Shown piece by piece: positions 47,927 to 58,090 of a stretch of DNA of 64,000 bases. How positions within the stretch are numbered: position 1 is the stretch's first letter; every line of letters starts with the position of its first letter. The notes beneath the pieces are model-generated. The model saw nothing but the letters and a program-made list of their open reading frames with translations, did not search any database and was not told the origin of the DNA. Both the position numbers and the translations under genes were made by a program. Source of the stretch: Candidatus Parcubacteria bacterium (GTDB taxonomy: Bacteria; Patescibacteriota; Microgenomatia; UBA12405); assembly GCA_023396915.1 (NCBI GenBank), contig JAEWUV010000002.1:3171-67170 (forward strand), in the 5' to 3' direction.

Positions 47927-48544
47927 TCAGAGTGCAGAATTAATTGTTTTTTGTTCGGTAGAAGTCTTGCCATTGGCAGAAGTTGACTCGATAGTGATTA
48001 AATTTTCACCACTATTAAGATTAATTTTCTTTTGAAAAGAACCGTCGTTATTGACCATAATTAAATCATCATTAATTCTAATGGTTGATTCCGGATCAGT
48101 AATCCCATTAATTTCAACGGTAGAGGCGGAAATAGTGGCTTCAAGAGGCCAATTAACTTTAAGTTTAGGGGGAAGATGAAATTTGTAATATTCAGAAATT
48201 AAATAAGTTGCAAATAAAATAACAACTAAAATTATGGCAATGTAAAAAGTAAGTTTTGGAGTGAAAGAAAATTGGTTTTTAAGAGAATTTTTAGTTTTGT
48301 TTTTCTGCTCAAAATCACGACGAAAAAGAGAAAGAACATCTTTACCATTAAGCCCTAAATAATCAGCATAATCCTTGATAATAAGGGAGCAATAAGGTTC
48401 CTGGGGATAACAGGTGATTTCTCCATCCTCTAGTGCTTCTAAATACTTAACGGGGACTTTGAGTTTTTTGGAAATATCTGATAACTCCCATTCTTTGTCG
48501 AGGCGAGTATTTTTGAGAAGTGATGAAGCCTGAAACATATACAA
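47927..48544 (-). CDS. rodZ: RodZ-like cytoskeleton protein (N-terminal HTH, TM, C-terminal domain)
   Basis: HTH LSDISKKLKVPVKYLEALEDGE; TM FYIAIILVVILFATYLI. Confidence 0.6.
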   Translation of the reverse strand: MYMFQASSLLKNTRLDKEWELSDISKKLKVPVKYLEALEDGEITCYPQEPYCSLIIKDYADYLGLNGKDVLSLFRRDFEQKNKTKNSLKNQFSFTPKLTFYIAIILVVILFATYLISEYYKFHLPPKLKVNWPLEATISASTVEINGITDPESTIRINDDLIMVNNDGSFQKKINLNSGENLITIESTSANGKTSTEQKTINSAL

Positions 48545-48546
48545 AA

Positions 48547-50679
48547 TTATTCAACACTGTCTTCGGAATTATTATGAGGAATTAAAATTTCCCTGGGTTT
48601 GGCACCATTGGCCGGACCGACAATACCGGCTTGTTCTAACTGATCCAAAACACGGGCGGCTCGAGCATAACCAAGTTTAAGTCGGCGTTGCATTAAGGAA
48701 GATGAAGCTTTACCTGAATCCTGAACAAGCTTAACCGCTTCGTCAAACATAGGATCTTTTTCTTCAAGATTATCTCCAGTACTGGGAGCATTTCTGGCAG
48801 TAGGATGACCACCAGAAACTGGTTGACTAAGAATTTCTTGATCATATTCGGTAGTTTTTTGTGATTTAAGAAAATCAATAAGACTGGTAGTTTCTTTGTC
48901 AGAGACATAACAACCCTGAATACGAACAGGTTTGGCTAAATCAGGAGGTAAATAAAGCATATCTCCTCGACCAAGAAGTTTTTCAGCACCAGGGCTATCA
49001 AGAATGACGCGAGAATCAGTGACTGAGGCGACGGCAAAAGAAAGACGAGTAGGAATATTGGCTTTGATTAGACCGGTAATAACATTGACTGATGGCCGTT
49101 GAGTAGACAAAATTAAGTGAATACCAACAGCCCTGGCCATTTGAGCGATACGACAAATATTATCTTCAACTTCTGACGGAGAGAATAGCATAATTTCGGC
49201 TAATTCATCGATAAAAATGAGGATGTAGGGCATGGATTGAAAGCCAGAGAGATTGTTGTAGGCTTCTATATTTTTAGCACCAACTTCAGTAAAGGTTTTA
49301 TAGCGGCGTTCCATTTCGGCTACTGCCCATTTTAAGGCAGAAATAACTTTTTCTGGTTCAACTATAACTGGAACAAGTAAGTGAGGAATACCATTGTAAG
49401 GAGTAAGTTCAACCCGTTTTGGATCAACCATAATCATTCTAACTTCATCAGGAGAAGCTTGAAATAAAATACTGTTAATCCAGGAATTAATACAAACAGA
49501 CTTTCCTGATCCAGTTTGACCTGCGATAAGGACGTGGGGCATTTTCCCGATATCAGCTACTTTGGCGTTGCCAGCAACATCAAGTCCTAATGGGACAGTA
49601 ATTTTGTTTTTGGCATTTTTCATAGCATCGGATTCCAAAATCTTTCGGATAGGAACAACCTCTAATGATCGGTTAGGAACTTCGATACCAACTAAGGCAC
49701 GTCCAGGGATAGGAGCTTCGACACGAATCATGCCACCAGGAGCGGCCAGAGCCATGGCTAAGTCATTGCTTAGACTGACGATTTTAGCTAATTTGGTGCC
49801 TAAAGCAACTTCTAGGGCATATTGGGTAACCGAAGGGCTATCATTGACTTCGGCAACCCGAGCGGTGATGCCAAATGAATCAAGAGTTTGTTCGATAGTA
49901 CGGGCATTTTTACCAACATCTCCCCTGTCAGCTTTGGCGCCGGGAGTGTTATCAAAAATATTGATTGAAGGATACTCCCACATCTGATTACCAGAAGAGC
50001 TAAGAGCAGTAGTAGGAGAAATTTTATTATCAAGATTAGTTTTAAGGATAGGAGAAATTCCGGCCACATTTAAATCTTCTTTTGGGTTTCTTTTGGCCTC
50101 TAATTTTTCGTCAACAGGAGTAAGTTCTGATTGAAAAACCTTGTTATTTTTATTGGTTTTTTCTTTGATTTTTTGAACACTGCCAACAGAATATTTTTTT
50201 ATTAAATTAAAAACAGTGATAAAAAATTTAACAACCTGAGCGACAGAAGTATCAAAGAGAATAACAAAGCCAACAATAAAAGAAAAAATAAAAATTAATG
50301 TAGCGGGTAATTTGCCAAAAAGGGAAATTAATTGATCAGAGAAAAAAGCACCGGCGATTCCCTGACGTAATAAAGAAATTAAAGTAATAAACATGATTAA
50401 AAAACCCAAAAAGACATTGGGGTCTTTTAGAGGAGTTTTAAGTTTAGCAAACAGAAATGAAGCTAAAAGTAAAAGAAATGAAACTAAAATAGCGCCAAAA
50501 CCAAAATATTTGACCAATAATTGGTTAAGTACAGTAGGAATGGGTCCGGTTTGGAGAAAGGAGAAAACAGAGATTACAGTTAAAATTAAGAAAAAGATAA
50601 AAAAAATTGTTTGGACTGTTTCAGGTTTTAGTCTAAGACTGGGAATAACCTTTTTCTTTTTACGACCACGTTTAGCCAT
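48547..50679 (-). CDS. ftsK: DNA translocase FtsK/SpoIIIE
   Basis: 710 aa; N-terminal TMs; Walker A IAGQTGSGKS; C-terminal winged-helix gamma domain. Confidence 0.93.
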   Translation of the reverse strand: MAKRGRKKKKVIPSLRLKPETVQTIFFIFFLILTVISVFSFLQTGPIPTVLNQLLVKYFGFGAILVSFLLLLASFLFAKLKTPLKDPNVFLGFLIMFITLISLLRQGIAGAFFSDQLISLFGKLPATLIFIFSFIVGFVILFDTSVAQVVKFFITVFNLIKKYSVGSVQKIKEKTNKNNKVFQSELTPVDEKLEAKRNPKEDLNVAGISPILKTNLDNKISPTTALSSSGNQMWEYPSINIFDNTPGAKADRGDVGKNARTIEQTLDSFGITARVAEVNDSPSVTQYALEVALGTKLAKIVSLSNDLAMALAAPGGMIRVEAPIPGRALVGIEVPNRSLEVVPIRKILESDAMKNAKNKITVPLGLDVAGNAKVADIGKMPHVLIAGQTGSGKSVCINSWINSILFQASPDEVRMIMVDPKRVELTPYNGIPHLLVPVIVEPEKVISALKWAVAEMERRYKTFTEVGAKNIEAYNNLSGFQSMPYILIFIDELAEIMLFSPSEVEDNICRIAQMARAVGIHLILSTQRPSVNVITGLIKANIPTRLSFAVASVTDSRVILDSPGAEKLLGRGDMLYLPPDLAKPVRIQGCYVSDKETTSLIDFLKSQKTTEYDQEILSQPVSGGHPTARNAPSTGDNLEEKDPMFDEAVKLVQDSGKASSSLMQRRLKLGYARAARVLDQLEQAGIVGPANGAKPREILIPHNNSEDSVE

Positions 50680-50695
50680 AAATTAGTATACAGTT

Positions 50696-52117
50696 TTAGT
50701 AGCTTTGTGCAAATAACCAACGATGTTTTGATGGTTTACCACAATAAATACACTTGCCTTCTTCTTCGGGTTGATTATCAGGCAAGCAACGAGTGGTAGC
50801 TTTAGTGTCGGATTTAATATTGGCCTCACATTCGGGATTTTCACACCAGTGAGCTGAGATAAATCCACGGGTAGTAGACATAATTTTTTTGAATTCATCG
50901 TAAGAATCAACCGTAAAAGTATTATCTTGAGTAAATTTTTTGTGTTTTTCCAAAAGAGATTTTTGAATATCTACCATTAAATTTTTTAGAACTTTTTCTA
51001 ACTCAGAAACTTTTACCGTCTGTTTTTCCAAATTATCACGACGGACAACAACTACTGATTCGGCATCGGCTTCTCTATCACCAATTTCAAGTCTAACAGG
51101 TACACCTTTTACCTCCCATTTATTAAATTTAAAACCGGCAGTTTCATCGGTTTTATCATCTAATTGGCAACGGTAATTGGATTTTAATTTATCAAATAAA
51201 TCATTGGCTAGTTTAGCGGCGTTTTGATGACCAGGAAGAGGAATAATAACTAATTGAATTGGAGCAACCTGAGGCGGAAAAACCAAACCATTATCATCAC
51301 CATGAACCATAATTAATCCACCGATGGAACGGGTGGAAAGACCCCAACTATTTTGATAAGGATAAAGTTTTTGACCGTCTTTATCTTGAACAGACCAGTC
51401 AAACGACTTGGCAAAATTTTGACCTAAATTATGAGAAGTTCCAGCTTGAAGAGCTTTGCCATTGGGCATCAATGCTTCAATAGTGTAAGTTTTACCAGCA
51501 CCAGCAAATTTTTCTGAATCACTTTTTACTCCGGTAACACCATAAATCGCCAATAAATCACTATAAGTTTTTTTGTAAAGATTTAAGGCCCAATTAACTA
51601 TTTCTTGATTCTCTTCGTCAGTAGCATGAGCACAATGGCCTTCTTGCCATAGAAACTCTGAGGTTCTTAAAAACAAATAAGTACGTTGTTCCCAACGAAC
51701 CACATTACACCATTGGTTCATCATTAAAGGTAAATCACGCCAACTTTGGGTCCATTTTTTGTACATTTCGTACATAATAGTTTCAGAGGTCGGACGGACA
51801 ATTAGATTTTCGGTTAATTTTTGGCCACCACCATGAGTAACGACAGCTAACTCCGGAGCGAAACCTTCAACATGTTCTTTTTCTTTTTTCAAAAAACTTT
51901 CTGGAATAAAGAGAGGAAAATACGCGTTCTGAACACCTTTTTCTTTGATAAATGGGTCCATGAAAGCCTGGATTCTTTCCCAAATAGCGTAACCATAAGG
52001 ACGAATTACCATACAACCTTTGACCGGAGCATAATCAGCTAATTCGGCTTTGACAACAACATCGTTATACCACTCGGACAAATCTTCGGATTTAAGCTTG
52101 ATGAATTTTTTAGACAT
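50696..52117 (-). CDS. proS: Proline--tRNA ligase (archaeal/eukaryotic-type, C-terminal zinc-binding domain)
   Basis: 473 aa; class-II motifs; C-terminal CENPECE...CIYCGK. Confidence 0.9.
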   Translation of the reverse strand: MSKKFIKLKSEDLSEWYNDVVVKAELADYAPVKGCMVIRPYGYAIWERIQAFMDPFIKEKGVQNAYFPLFIPESFLKKEKEHVEGFAPELAVVTHGGGQKLTENLIVRPTSETIMYEMYKKWTQSWRDLPLMMNQWCNVVRWEQRTYLFLRTSEFLWQEGHCAHATDEENQEIVNWALNLYKKTYSDLLAIYGVTGVKSDSEKFAGAGKTYTIEALMPNGKALQAGTSHNLGQNFAKSFDWSVQDKDGQKLYPYQNSWGLSTRSIGGLIMVHGDDNGLVFPPQVAPIQLVIIPLPGHQNAAKLANDLFDKLKSNYRCQLDDKTDETAGFKFNKWEVKGVPVRLEIGDREADAESVVVVRRDNLEKQTVKVSELEKVLKNLMVDIQKSLLEKHKKFTQDNTFTVDSYDEFKKIMSTTRGFISAHWCENPECEANIKSDTKATTRCLPDNQPEEEGKCIYCGKPSKHRWLFAQSY

Positions 52118-52139
52118 AGGTGTATTATAGCCTAGTTAT

Positions 52140-52394
52140 TTGGTACAATACCAGCCTATGAGTGAAAGATTGTGCCCTGATTGCCAACAGCAAGGTAATT
52201 GTTTATTTAGAGAATATACCGATATAGTGGTATTGGAATTAATAACCAAAGGAGTTACTGGTTTAGATGAATCAAGAATGGCAGCTTTAGAGGTTCATCA
52301 AAAAATTGCGGAAGAAAGAAAAAGAGCCAGAGAAAGAATGTGTCCACATTTAAATAATATTGATCCTGATTATCCGGGAAAAGAGCTACTCTAA
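52140..52394 (+). CDS. Hypothetical small Cys-containing protein
   Basis: 84-codon ORF between the divergent proS and convergent rnj; CPDCQQQGNC...MCPH. No homology recognised. Confidence 0.3.
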   Translation: MVQYQPMSERLCPDCQQQGNCLFREYTDIVVLELITKGVTGLDESRMAALEVHQKIAEERKRARERMCPHLNNIDPDYPGKELL

Positions 52395-54157
52395 ACTTCA
52401 ATCACCAAAGGCAAGACCATGGGTTGGCGGCCGGTTTTTTGATAGATAATTTCTTCGATATGAGCCTGGACTTCTTCGCGAATAAAATCAAAATTAGCCG
52501 GAACACTGGTAACCTGTTTAAATTTATTACTAATTTCTTGTTTAAGATAATTAATTAAATCGGTGTTTTCTTTCATAAAAACAAAACCACGACTTAAGAT
52601 AACCGGATCTTTTTCCATTTGACCAGTTTCTCTATTTACTAGCAAAACTACCGAAAACATACCATCTTCAGCTAAGGCTTTACGGTCGCGTAAAACAGTA
52701 GCGCCAACATCCCCTATTCCAAATCCATCAATCAAGACTTTTCTGATGGGAATATGAAAATTGGTATCAAAAGTAGACCCATGAAAAGTAACCGAGGCAT
52801 CAAAGTCAGGCAAAATTACCTGGTCTTCGGTATAGCCAATTTTTCTGGCCATTTCCTGATATTTTTTGAGATGTCTGAAATTACCTCCAATAGGTAAAAG
52901 ATATTTAGGCTTTACCAAACTAATTAACAAAGCATGTTCTTTTTGATAACCATGACCGGAAACATGAAGCTCTTCTTTTTCACCGTAGACAACCTCAGCC
53001 CCCATTTTGGAAAGAATATCAATCATAGAGTAAATATTACTGGTGGTACCGGGAATATAATCTGGTGAGGAAAAAATGACTTTATCGCCAGATTTTATCT
53101 TGATTCGGTGTTTTCCCATGATCATTTTACTTAAAGCCGAATCTGGTTGTCCAGCAAAACCGGCAACTAAAAAGATTAGTTTATTTTCGGGGAAATTTTT
53201 GGTTCTTTCAACAGGGATGATATCACCATCATTGAGTTTAAGATAATTAAGCTCTTTGGCAATGGCAATGGCTTTGTCAACAGAGAAACCGACAATAACA
53301 ATTTTTCGACCAACACTTTTGGCATATTCAATGGCTTGGGACCAACGAATGATATTACTAGAGATAGACGTTACAAAAACTCTGCCTTTGGCAGAAGTAA
53401 TTTCATATTTAAAGTTTTCAGCGATAGAACTTTCAGAAGGTGAATAACCTTCATGGTCAGACCCCAAAGCGTCGGACATTAAAGCGACTACATTTCCTTT
53501 TTCACCGATTCTGGCAATATGAGCTAAGTCAGGACTTTTGCCATCAAGGGGGAAAAGATCAAATTTAAAATCAGACCCGTGGTAAAAAACACCAACTGGG
53601 GTGTTAATGGCAAAATGGTAAGTATCAGGAATTGAATGGGTAACCCTGACAGGATCAACAGCAAAGACACCTTTGGTAATTTGAACGCTGTCCTCATAGA
53701 CATTTAAATTAGCCCGGATATTAACTTCAGCAAGGCGGGATTCAATAAAGGCGGCGGCTAATTTTGGGGCAAAAATGGGAATATTTTTACCTAAAATTGG
53801 CAAAATGAAACGGACAGCACCAATGTGATCTTCGTGACCGTGAGTAATAAAAATACCTAAAATGCGGTCTTTTTTATCTTCCAAATATTGCGTATCAGGA
53901 ATCTGAAGATCAACTCCAAAAGTGTCTTCTTCGGGGAAACCGACACCACAGTCAACAATAATTATTTGACTTTTGTTAACATCACCGTTGGGGATAAACT
54001 CGTAAACGAACATATTTTGGGTAACATCACCAAATCCGCCCAACGAGCTGATTCGGAGTGAATCTTGGTTAGACTTAAATTCTCTAACCTGATTTGGAGT
54101 ATTTTTAAAATAATCCATATTTTTAGTTTTAATATTTTTTGATTGTGTATTTATCAT
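52391..54157 (-). CDS. rnj: Ribonuclease J (metallo-beta-lactamase/beta-CASP)
   Basis: 588 aa; HGHEDHIG motif. Confidence 0.93.
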   Translation of the reverse strand: MINTQSKNIKTKNMDYFKNTPNQVREFKSNQDSLRISSLGGFGDVTQNMFVYEFIPNGDVNKSQIIIVDCGVGFPEEDTFGVDLQIPDTQYLEDKKDRILGIFITHGHEDHIGAVRFILPILGKNIPIFAPKLAAAFIESRLAEVNIRANLNVYEDSVQITKGVFAVDPVRVTHSIPDTYHFAINTPVGVFYHGSDFKFDLFPLDGKSPDLAHIARIGEKGNVVALMSDALGSDHEGYSPSESSIAENFKYEITSAKGRVFVTSISSNIIRWSQAIEYAKSVGRKIVIVGFSVDKAIAIAKELNYLKLNDGDIIPVERTKNFPENKLIFLVAGFAGQPDSALSKMIMGKHRIKIKSGDKVIFSSPDYIPGTTSNIYSMIDILSKMGAEVVYGEKEELHVSGHGYQKEHALLISLVKPKYLLPIGGNFRHLKKYQEMARKIGYTEDQVILPDFDASVTFHGSTFDTNFHIPIRKVLIDGFGIGDVGATVLRDRKALAEDGMFSVVLLVNRETGQMEKDPVILSRGFVFMKENTDLINYLKQEISNKFKQVTSVPANFDFIREEVQAHIEEIIYQKTGRQPMVLPLVIEV

Positions 54158-54218
54158 ATAAATTTAACTGATTAATTAATGAAATAATGTTTTAACTTTT
54201 CTAATTTTGGCAATATGT

Positions 54219-55280
54219 TTACCATTGAGGCAAAAAAGTCTTGATATTGGAATTATCTAAAACCAATTGTTTAACTTTACCCTCAAAAATCAATTTGGCA
54301 GCTTTACGGCAAAGACCTTCAATATTTCTTTGTAAGGTTCTAACCCCGGCATCAAACCCCAACGGGCGAACGATTTGACTCCAGATTGAAGGATCAATTT
54401 TAAGTTCCTCGGGTTTGAGTCCAGCTTGTTTGATAGCTTTGGGTAAGACATAGTCGCGACCAATAATAATTTTTTCTTCGTCGTTATAAGACGGCATTTG
54501 AATCACCTCGAGACGATCCATAACAGCGGTAGCAATACGGGTAGTATTGTTACAGGTGGCACAAAAAAGAGCCCGGGAAAGATCGACCGGATAATCAATA
54601 TAGTGATCAGAAAAACGGTTATTCTGTTCAGGGTCAAGTAATTCAACTAGGACACCCATAATAGTGTTAAGGGCGTTATCGGCAACTCTGTCAATTTCAT
54701 CAAGAAGAATTACCGGATTTCTGCTTTTAGCATTAATTAATCCTTTGATAACCTGACCTGGCTCAGCTTCGGGATGAAGTCTGGATTGGCCACGAAGATA
54801 AAGTGGATCACCTAAACCACCAAAAGGAATACGAATAAGTTCTCGACCTAAAACATTAGCAATAGATTTGGCAATGGTAGTCTTACCGGTACCGACCAAG
54901 CCGACGAATAATAAGACTGGAGCTTTTATAGGTTGATCTGGGTTACGATTTTCCTGTAAAGCTAACACAGAAATATATTCCAATAAACGCTCTTTAACTT
55001 CATCCAAACCATAATGTTCTGCATTTAACTTCTCTTTGGCAAACTGAAGATCAAGAATATCTTTGGTTTCTTTAATCCAAGGAATTTCAATTAAATAATT
55101 AATATATTTGGTGGCATTTTGATAGTTTTGCCAGAAGGTTTCCTCATTTTGAGAATTAATTGTAAGTTGGGCAAAAAGCTCCTCAAGATTGGCAATTAAA
55201 TCAGGCGGTAATTTAACCGATTCAATTTTTTTTCTCAGGTTTTCAATCGCCTGTTTGGTAGTCAAAACACTAGAATCCAT
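54219..55280 (-). CDS. Lon-type AAA+ ATPase module without the LON N-domain and without the protease domain
   Basis: LPW-helical lead-in IEIPWIKETKDILDL...HYGLDEVKERLLEYISV. Walker A GLVGTGKTT, Walker B ILLDEIDR, sensor LDPEQNNRFSDHY. Ends at LCRKAAKLIFEGK...FLPQW, where the Lon protease domain would begin. Confidence 0.75.
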   Translation of the reverse strand: MDSSVLTTKQAIENLRKKIESVKLPPDLIANLEELFAQLTINSQNEETFWQNYQNATKYINYLIEIPWIKETKDILDLQFAKEKLNAEHYGLDEVKERLLEYISVLALQENRNPDQPIKAPVLLFVGLVGTGKTTIAKSIANVLGRELIRIPFGGLGDPLYLRGQSRLHPEAEPGQVIKGLINAKSRNPVILLDEIDRVADNALNTIMGVLVELLDPEQNNRFSDHYIDYPVDLSRALFCATCNNTTRIATAVMDRLEVIQMPSYNDEEKIIIGRDYVLPKAIKQAGLKPEELKIDPSIWSQIVRPLGFDAGVRTLQRNIEGLCRKAAKLIFEGKVKQLVLDNSNIKTFLPQW

Positions 55281-55329
55281 ATAAAAAGTATAGTCTATTT
55301 ATCACAATTTAGAAGTGTAAGAACGGTTC

Positions 55330-57528
55330 TTATCGTCTGGGACGGGGTGAGCGGCCACCAATACGAGAATCAAATTTACCAAATTGTTGTTGAGGACGGG
55401 GATTGAAAGCAGCCCTGTTACTGTCCTGACGAGGTTGTCCTGGATGAGCAGCTTTAAATTCCGGAGCACTTAATTTAATTTGATGATTATCATTGAAACC
55501 AGCAATTTTAACTTTTAGTTTGTCCCCTTCTTTGATGATGCTTGAGGGATCAGATAAAAATCCACCGGTCATTTCGGAAACATGAAGTAAAGCTTCGCGA
55601 CCTGGTAAAAATTCAATAAAGGCACCAAAGTTTTCAACTCGGGTAACAATACCATCATATTCCTCACCAACTTCAACTTCTTTAATCATTGATTCGATTT
55701 CATAAGCGGCGTCATCAATGGCTTTTTGATCCTGGGCTGAAATGGAAGCATTACCAAAATCATCAATATCAATTTGAACTTGATATTTATCCATTAAAGC
55801 TTTGACAGTTTTACCACCACTACCAATAACTTCACCAATTTTATCTTCTGGAAGTCGGACTAATTTTATTTTTGGAGCAAATTGTGAAAGTTGGGACCGT
55901 GGGGCAGTTAAAACTGATTCCATTTTGTCCAAAATTTGAAAACGAGCTTTGGTGGAAGCAACGAAAGTATCACGAATCATCTGAAGAGTTAAACCTTCAC
56001 GTTTGATATCAAGTTGAATAGCGGTGATGCCATTTCTGGTTCCGGTGATTTTGAAATCCATATCACCAAAATGATCTTCGATACCGGCAATATCAGTTAA
56101 TAAAATATATTTATCGTCAGTTGGAGCCATAAGACCAATAGAAATTCCGGCAACTTTATCCTTTATAGGTACACCAGCATCCATTAAAGACATGGTGGAA
56201 CCACAAGTTGAAGCCATAGAAGAAGACCCATTTTGAGATAAAACTTCGGAAGTTAAAATAATGGTGTAGGGAAACTCTTCTTCGTTAGGGATAACAGGGA
56301 CTAAAGCTTTTTCAGCCAAAGCACCGTGGCCAATTTCACGACGACCTGGTCGGCCAGTTTTACCAGTTTGACCAGTGGAAAAAGGCATAGCAGAGTAATA
56401 GTGAATATAACGTTTGGTTGTTTCACCGTTAGAATCCTGTAAATATTGTTTTTCTGATAAGGGGGCTAAAGTAGTAACGGTAATAGCTTGGGTCAAACCT
56501 CTTTCAAAAAGAGCCGAACCGTGGGTCATAGGTAAAACACCGGCTTCAACATTAAGAGGGCGGATTTCGTCTAAAGCTCGTTTGTCATAACGTTTACCTG
56601 CAACAGTTTGCTGTCTGACATATTCTTTAAGGACTTCATCGACAGCGGCGACTAAATGATTAGCAGAAACTTCTTCGGATTCAATTTTTTCTGCATAAAT
56701 TTCTTTGACTTTGTCAATAATTTTGTCTTGGCCAACCATATGAGCACCATCGACACCTTCTTCAAAAAATTTCTTAACATCGTCTTTGATTTTTGATTCG
56801 ACTTCTTTGATTAAATCTTTTGAAGGACCGGCTGGTTCAAAGCTAATTTTCTTTTTCCCGCATTTTTTGGCAAATTCATCAATTTGTTTGTTGACTTCAT
56901 CACCAGTAGTTTTGGCTAATTCGATAGCCTGAAGCATGAGTTCGTTTTCGACAATTTTTCCATCAGCTTCAATCATGTTGACACCTTTTGGACCAGTACA
57001 AACCAAAAGATCAAATTTTGATCTTTGTAATTCTTCTAAGTCAGGATTGACAACCAATTGATCATTGATATAACCAACACGAACGGCTGAAACCGGACCA
57101 CGGAAAGGGATATCCGAAATACTTAGTGCAGCAGCAGCAGCAGTGAAAGCCGGAATAACTACATCGTGCTTTTTGTCATTACTTAAAACAGTAGTAATGA
57201 TCTGCACTTCATTTAAAAATCCATTTGGGAATAAAGGTCGAAGAGATCGGTCAATAATACGACCACAAAGAACAGCCTCGTCTGAAGGACCACCATCACG
57301 TTTAAGCCATTTACCACCTTTAACTAATCCTCCGGCGTAGAGTTTGTCAACAAATTCAACCGAAAGAGGGAAATAATCTTTGGATTCATCCAATTTTCCC
57401 ATTAAAACAGTGGCTAAAACAACAGTGTTGCCAAATTGAGCGACAACTGAAGCATTGGTTTGAGGGGCAAGTTTACCAGTAGTTAAACTGACGTGTTTAT
57501 CGCCCACGAGTATATCTTGTGTATGCAT
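55330..57528 (-). CDS. pnp: Polyribonucleotide nucleotidyltransferase (PNPase)
   Basis: 732 aa; two RNase PH domains; KH and S1 at the C-terminus. Confidence 0.95.
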   Translation of the reverse strand: MHTQDILVGDKHVSLTTGKLAPQTNASVVAQFGNTVVLATVLMGKLDESKDYFPLSVEFVDKLYAGGLVKGGKWLKRDGGPSDEAVLCGRIIDRSLRPLFPNGFLNEVQIITTVLSNDKKHDVVIPAFTAAAAALSISDIPFRGPVSAVRVGYINDQLVVNPDLEELQRSKFDLLVCTGPKGVNMIEADGKIVENELMLQAIELAKTTGDEVNKQIDEFAKKCGKKKISFEPAGPSKDLIKEVESKIKDDVKKFFEEGVDGAHMVGQDKIIDKVKEIYAEKIESEEVSANHLVAAVDEVLKEYVRQQTVAGKRYDKRALDEIRPLNVEAGVLPMTHGSALFERGLTQAITVTTLAPLSEKQYLQDSNGETTKRYIHYYSAMPFSTGQTGKTGRPGRREIGHGALAEKALVPVIPNEEEFPYTIILTSEVLSQNGSSSMASTCGSTMSLMDAGVPIKDKVAGISIGLMAPTDDKYILLTDIAGIEDHFGDMDFKITGTRNGITAIQLDIKREGLTLQMIRDTFVASTKARFQILDKMESVLTAPRSQLSQFAPKIKLVRLPEDKIGEVIGSGGKTVKALMDKYQVQIDIDDFGNASISAQDQKAIDDAAYEIESMIKEVEVGEEYDGIVTRVENFGAFIEFLPGREALLHVSEMTGGFLSDPSSIIKEGDKLKVKIAGFNDNHQIKLSAPEFKAAHPGQPRQDSNRAAFNPRPQQQFGKFDSRIGGRSPRPRR

Positions 57529-57558
57529 ATATTCAATAATAACTTAAATAAAATAAAT

Positions 57559-57828
57559 TTACTTCTTCAATCCGAGAGCCTTGATGATAGCTGAATAACG
57601 TTCTGGATTGTGAATAGAAAGATAACGGAGTAAACGACGACGCTTGGCAATCTTGGAAAGAATTCCGCGCTTTGCCGGAGAATCATGTTTATTCTCGGTT
57701 AAATGACCTTGGAGTTTTTCAACTTCTTTGGTAAGAATTGCAATTTGAATTTCTGGAGAACCAGTGTCACCTTTAGCCTGAGCGTAAGTAGTAATTATCT
57801 CTTGTTTTTCTTCTTTGGTTAATGCCAT
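57559..57828 (-). CDS. rpsO: 30S ribosomal protein S15
   Basis: 89 aa; GDTGSPEIQIAILT. Confidence 0.95.
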   Translation of the reverse strand: MALTKEEKQEIITTYAQAKGDTGSPEIQIAILTKEVEKLQGHLTENKHDSPAKRGILSKIAKRRRLLRYLSIHNPERYSAIIKALGLKK

Positions 57829-57925
57829 AAATTGTTTGGCTAAAATCGGTAAAAATTATAATATTTCGGAATGGTTCCCGAAAAACCGTTTTTAGTCTAG
57901 AGAAGGATTATAACACATAATTTTT

Positions 57926-58087
57926 TTAAAAATCATCAACATCTCTACGTTCATCTGGTTTCTCCGTTTCGGTTGCTGATAAGACTGAACCATCTTCTGG
58001 GTCATTCTCGCCTTTTTCTCGTTGAGTTAAAAAATCAATTTCTGACTGAGGTATTATTACTTGAGTTGGTTTATCTTGTTCATACAT
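57926..58087 (-). CDS. Tiny highly acidic ORF (53 aa), hypothetical
   Basis: Manual translation MYEQDKPTQVIIPQSEIDFLTQREKGENDPEDGSVLSATETEKPDERRDVDDF. ATG sits 4 nt after the stop of the upstream gene. Below the ORF-track cutoff. Confidence 0.3.
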   Translation of the reverse strand: MYEQDKPTQVIIPQSEIDFLTQREKGENDPEDGSVLSATETEKPDERRDVDDF

Positions 58088-58090
58088 AAT

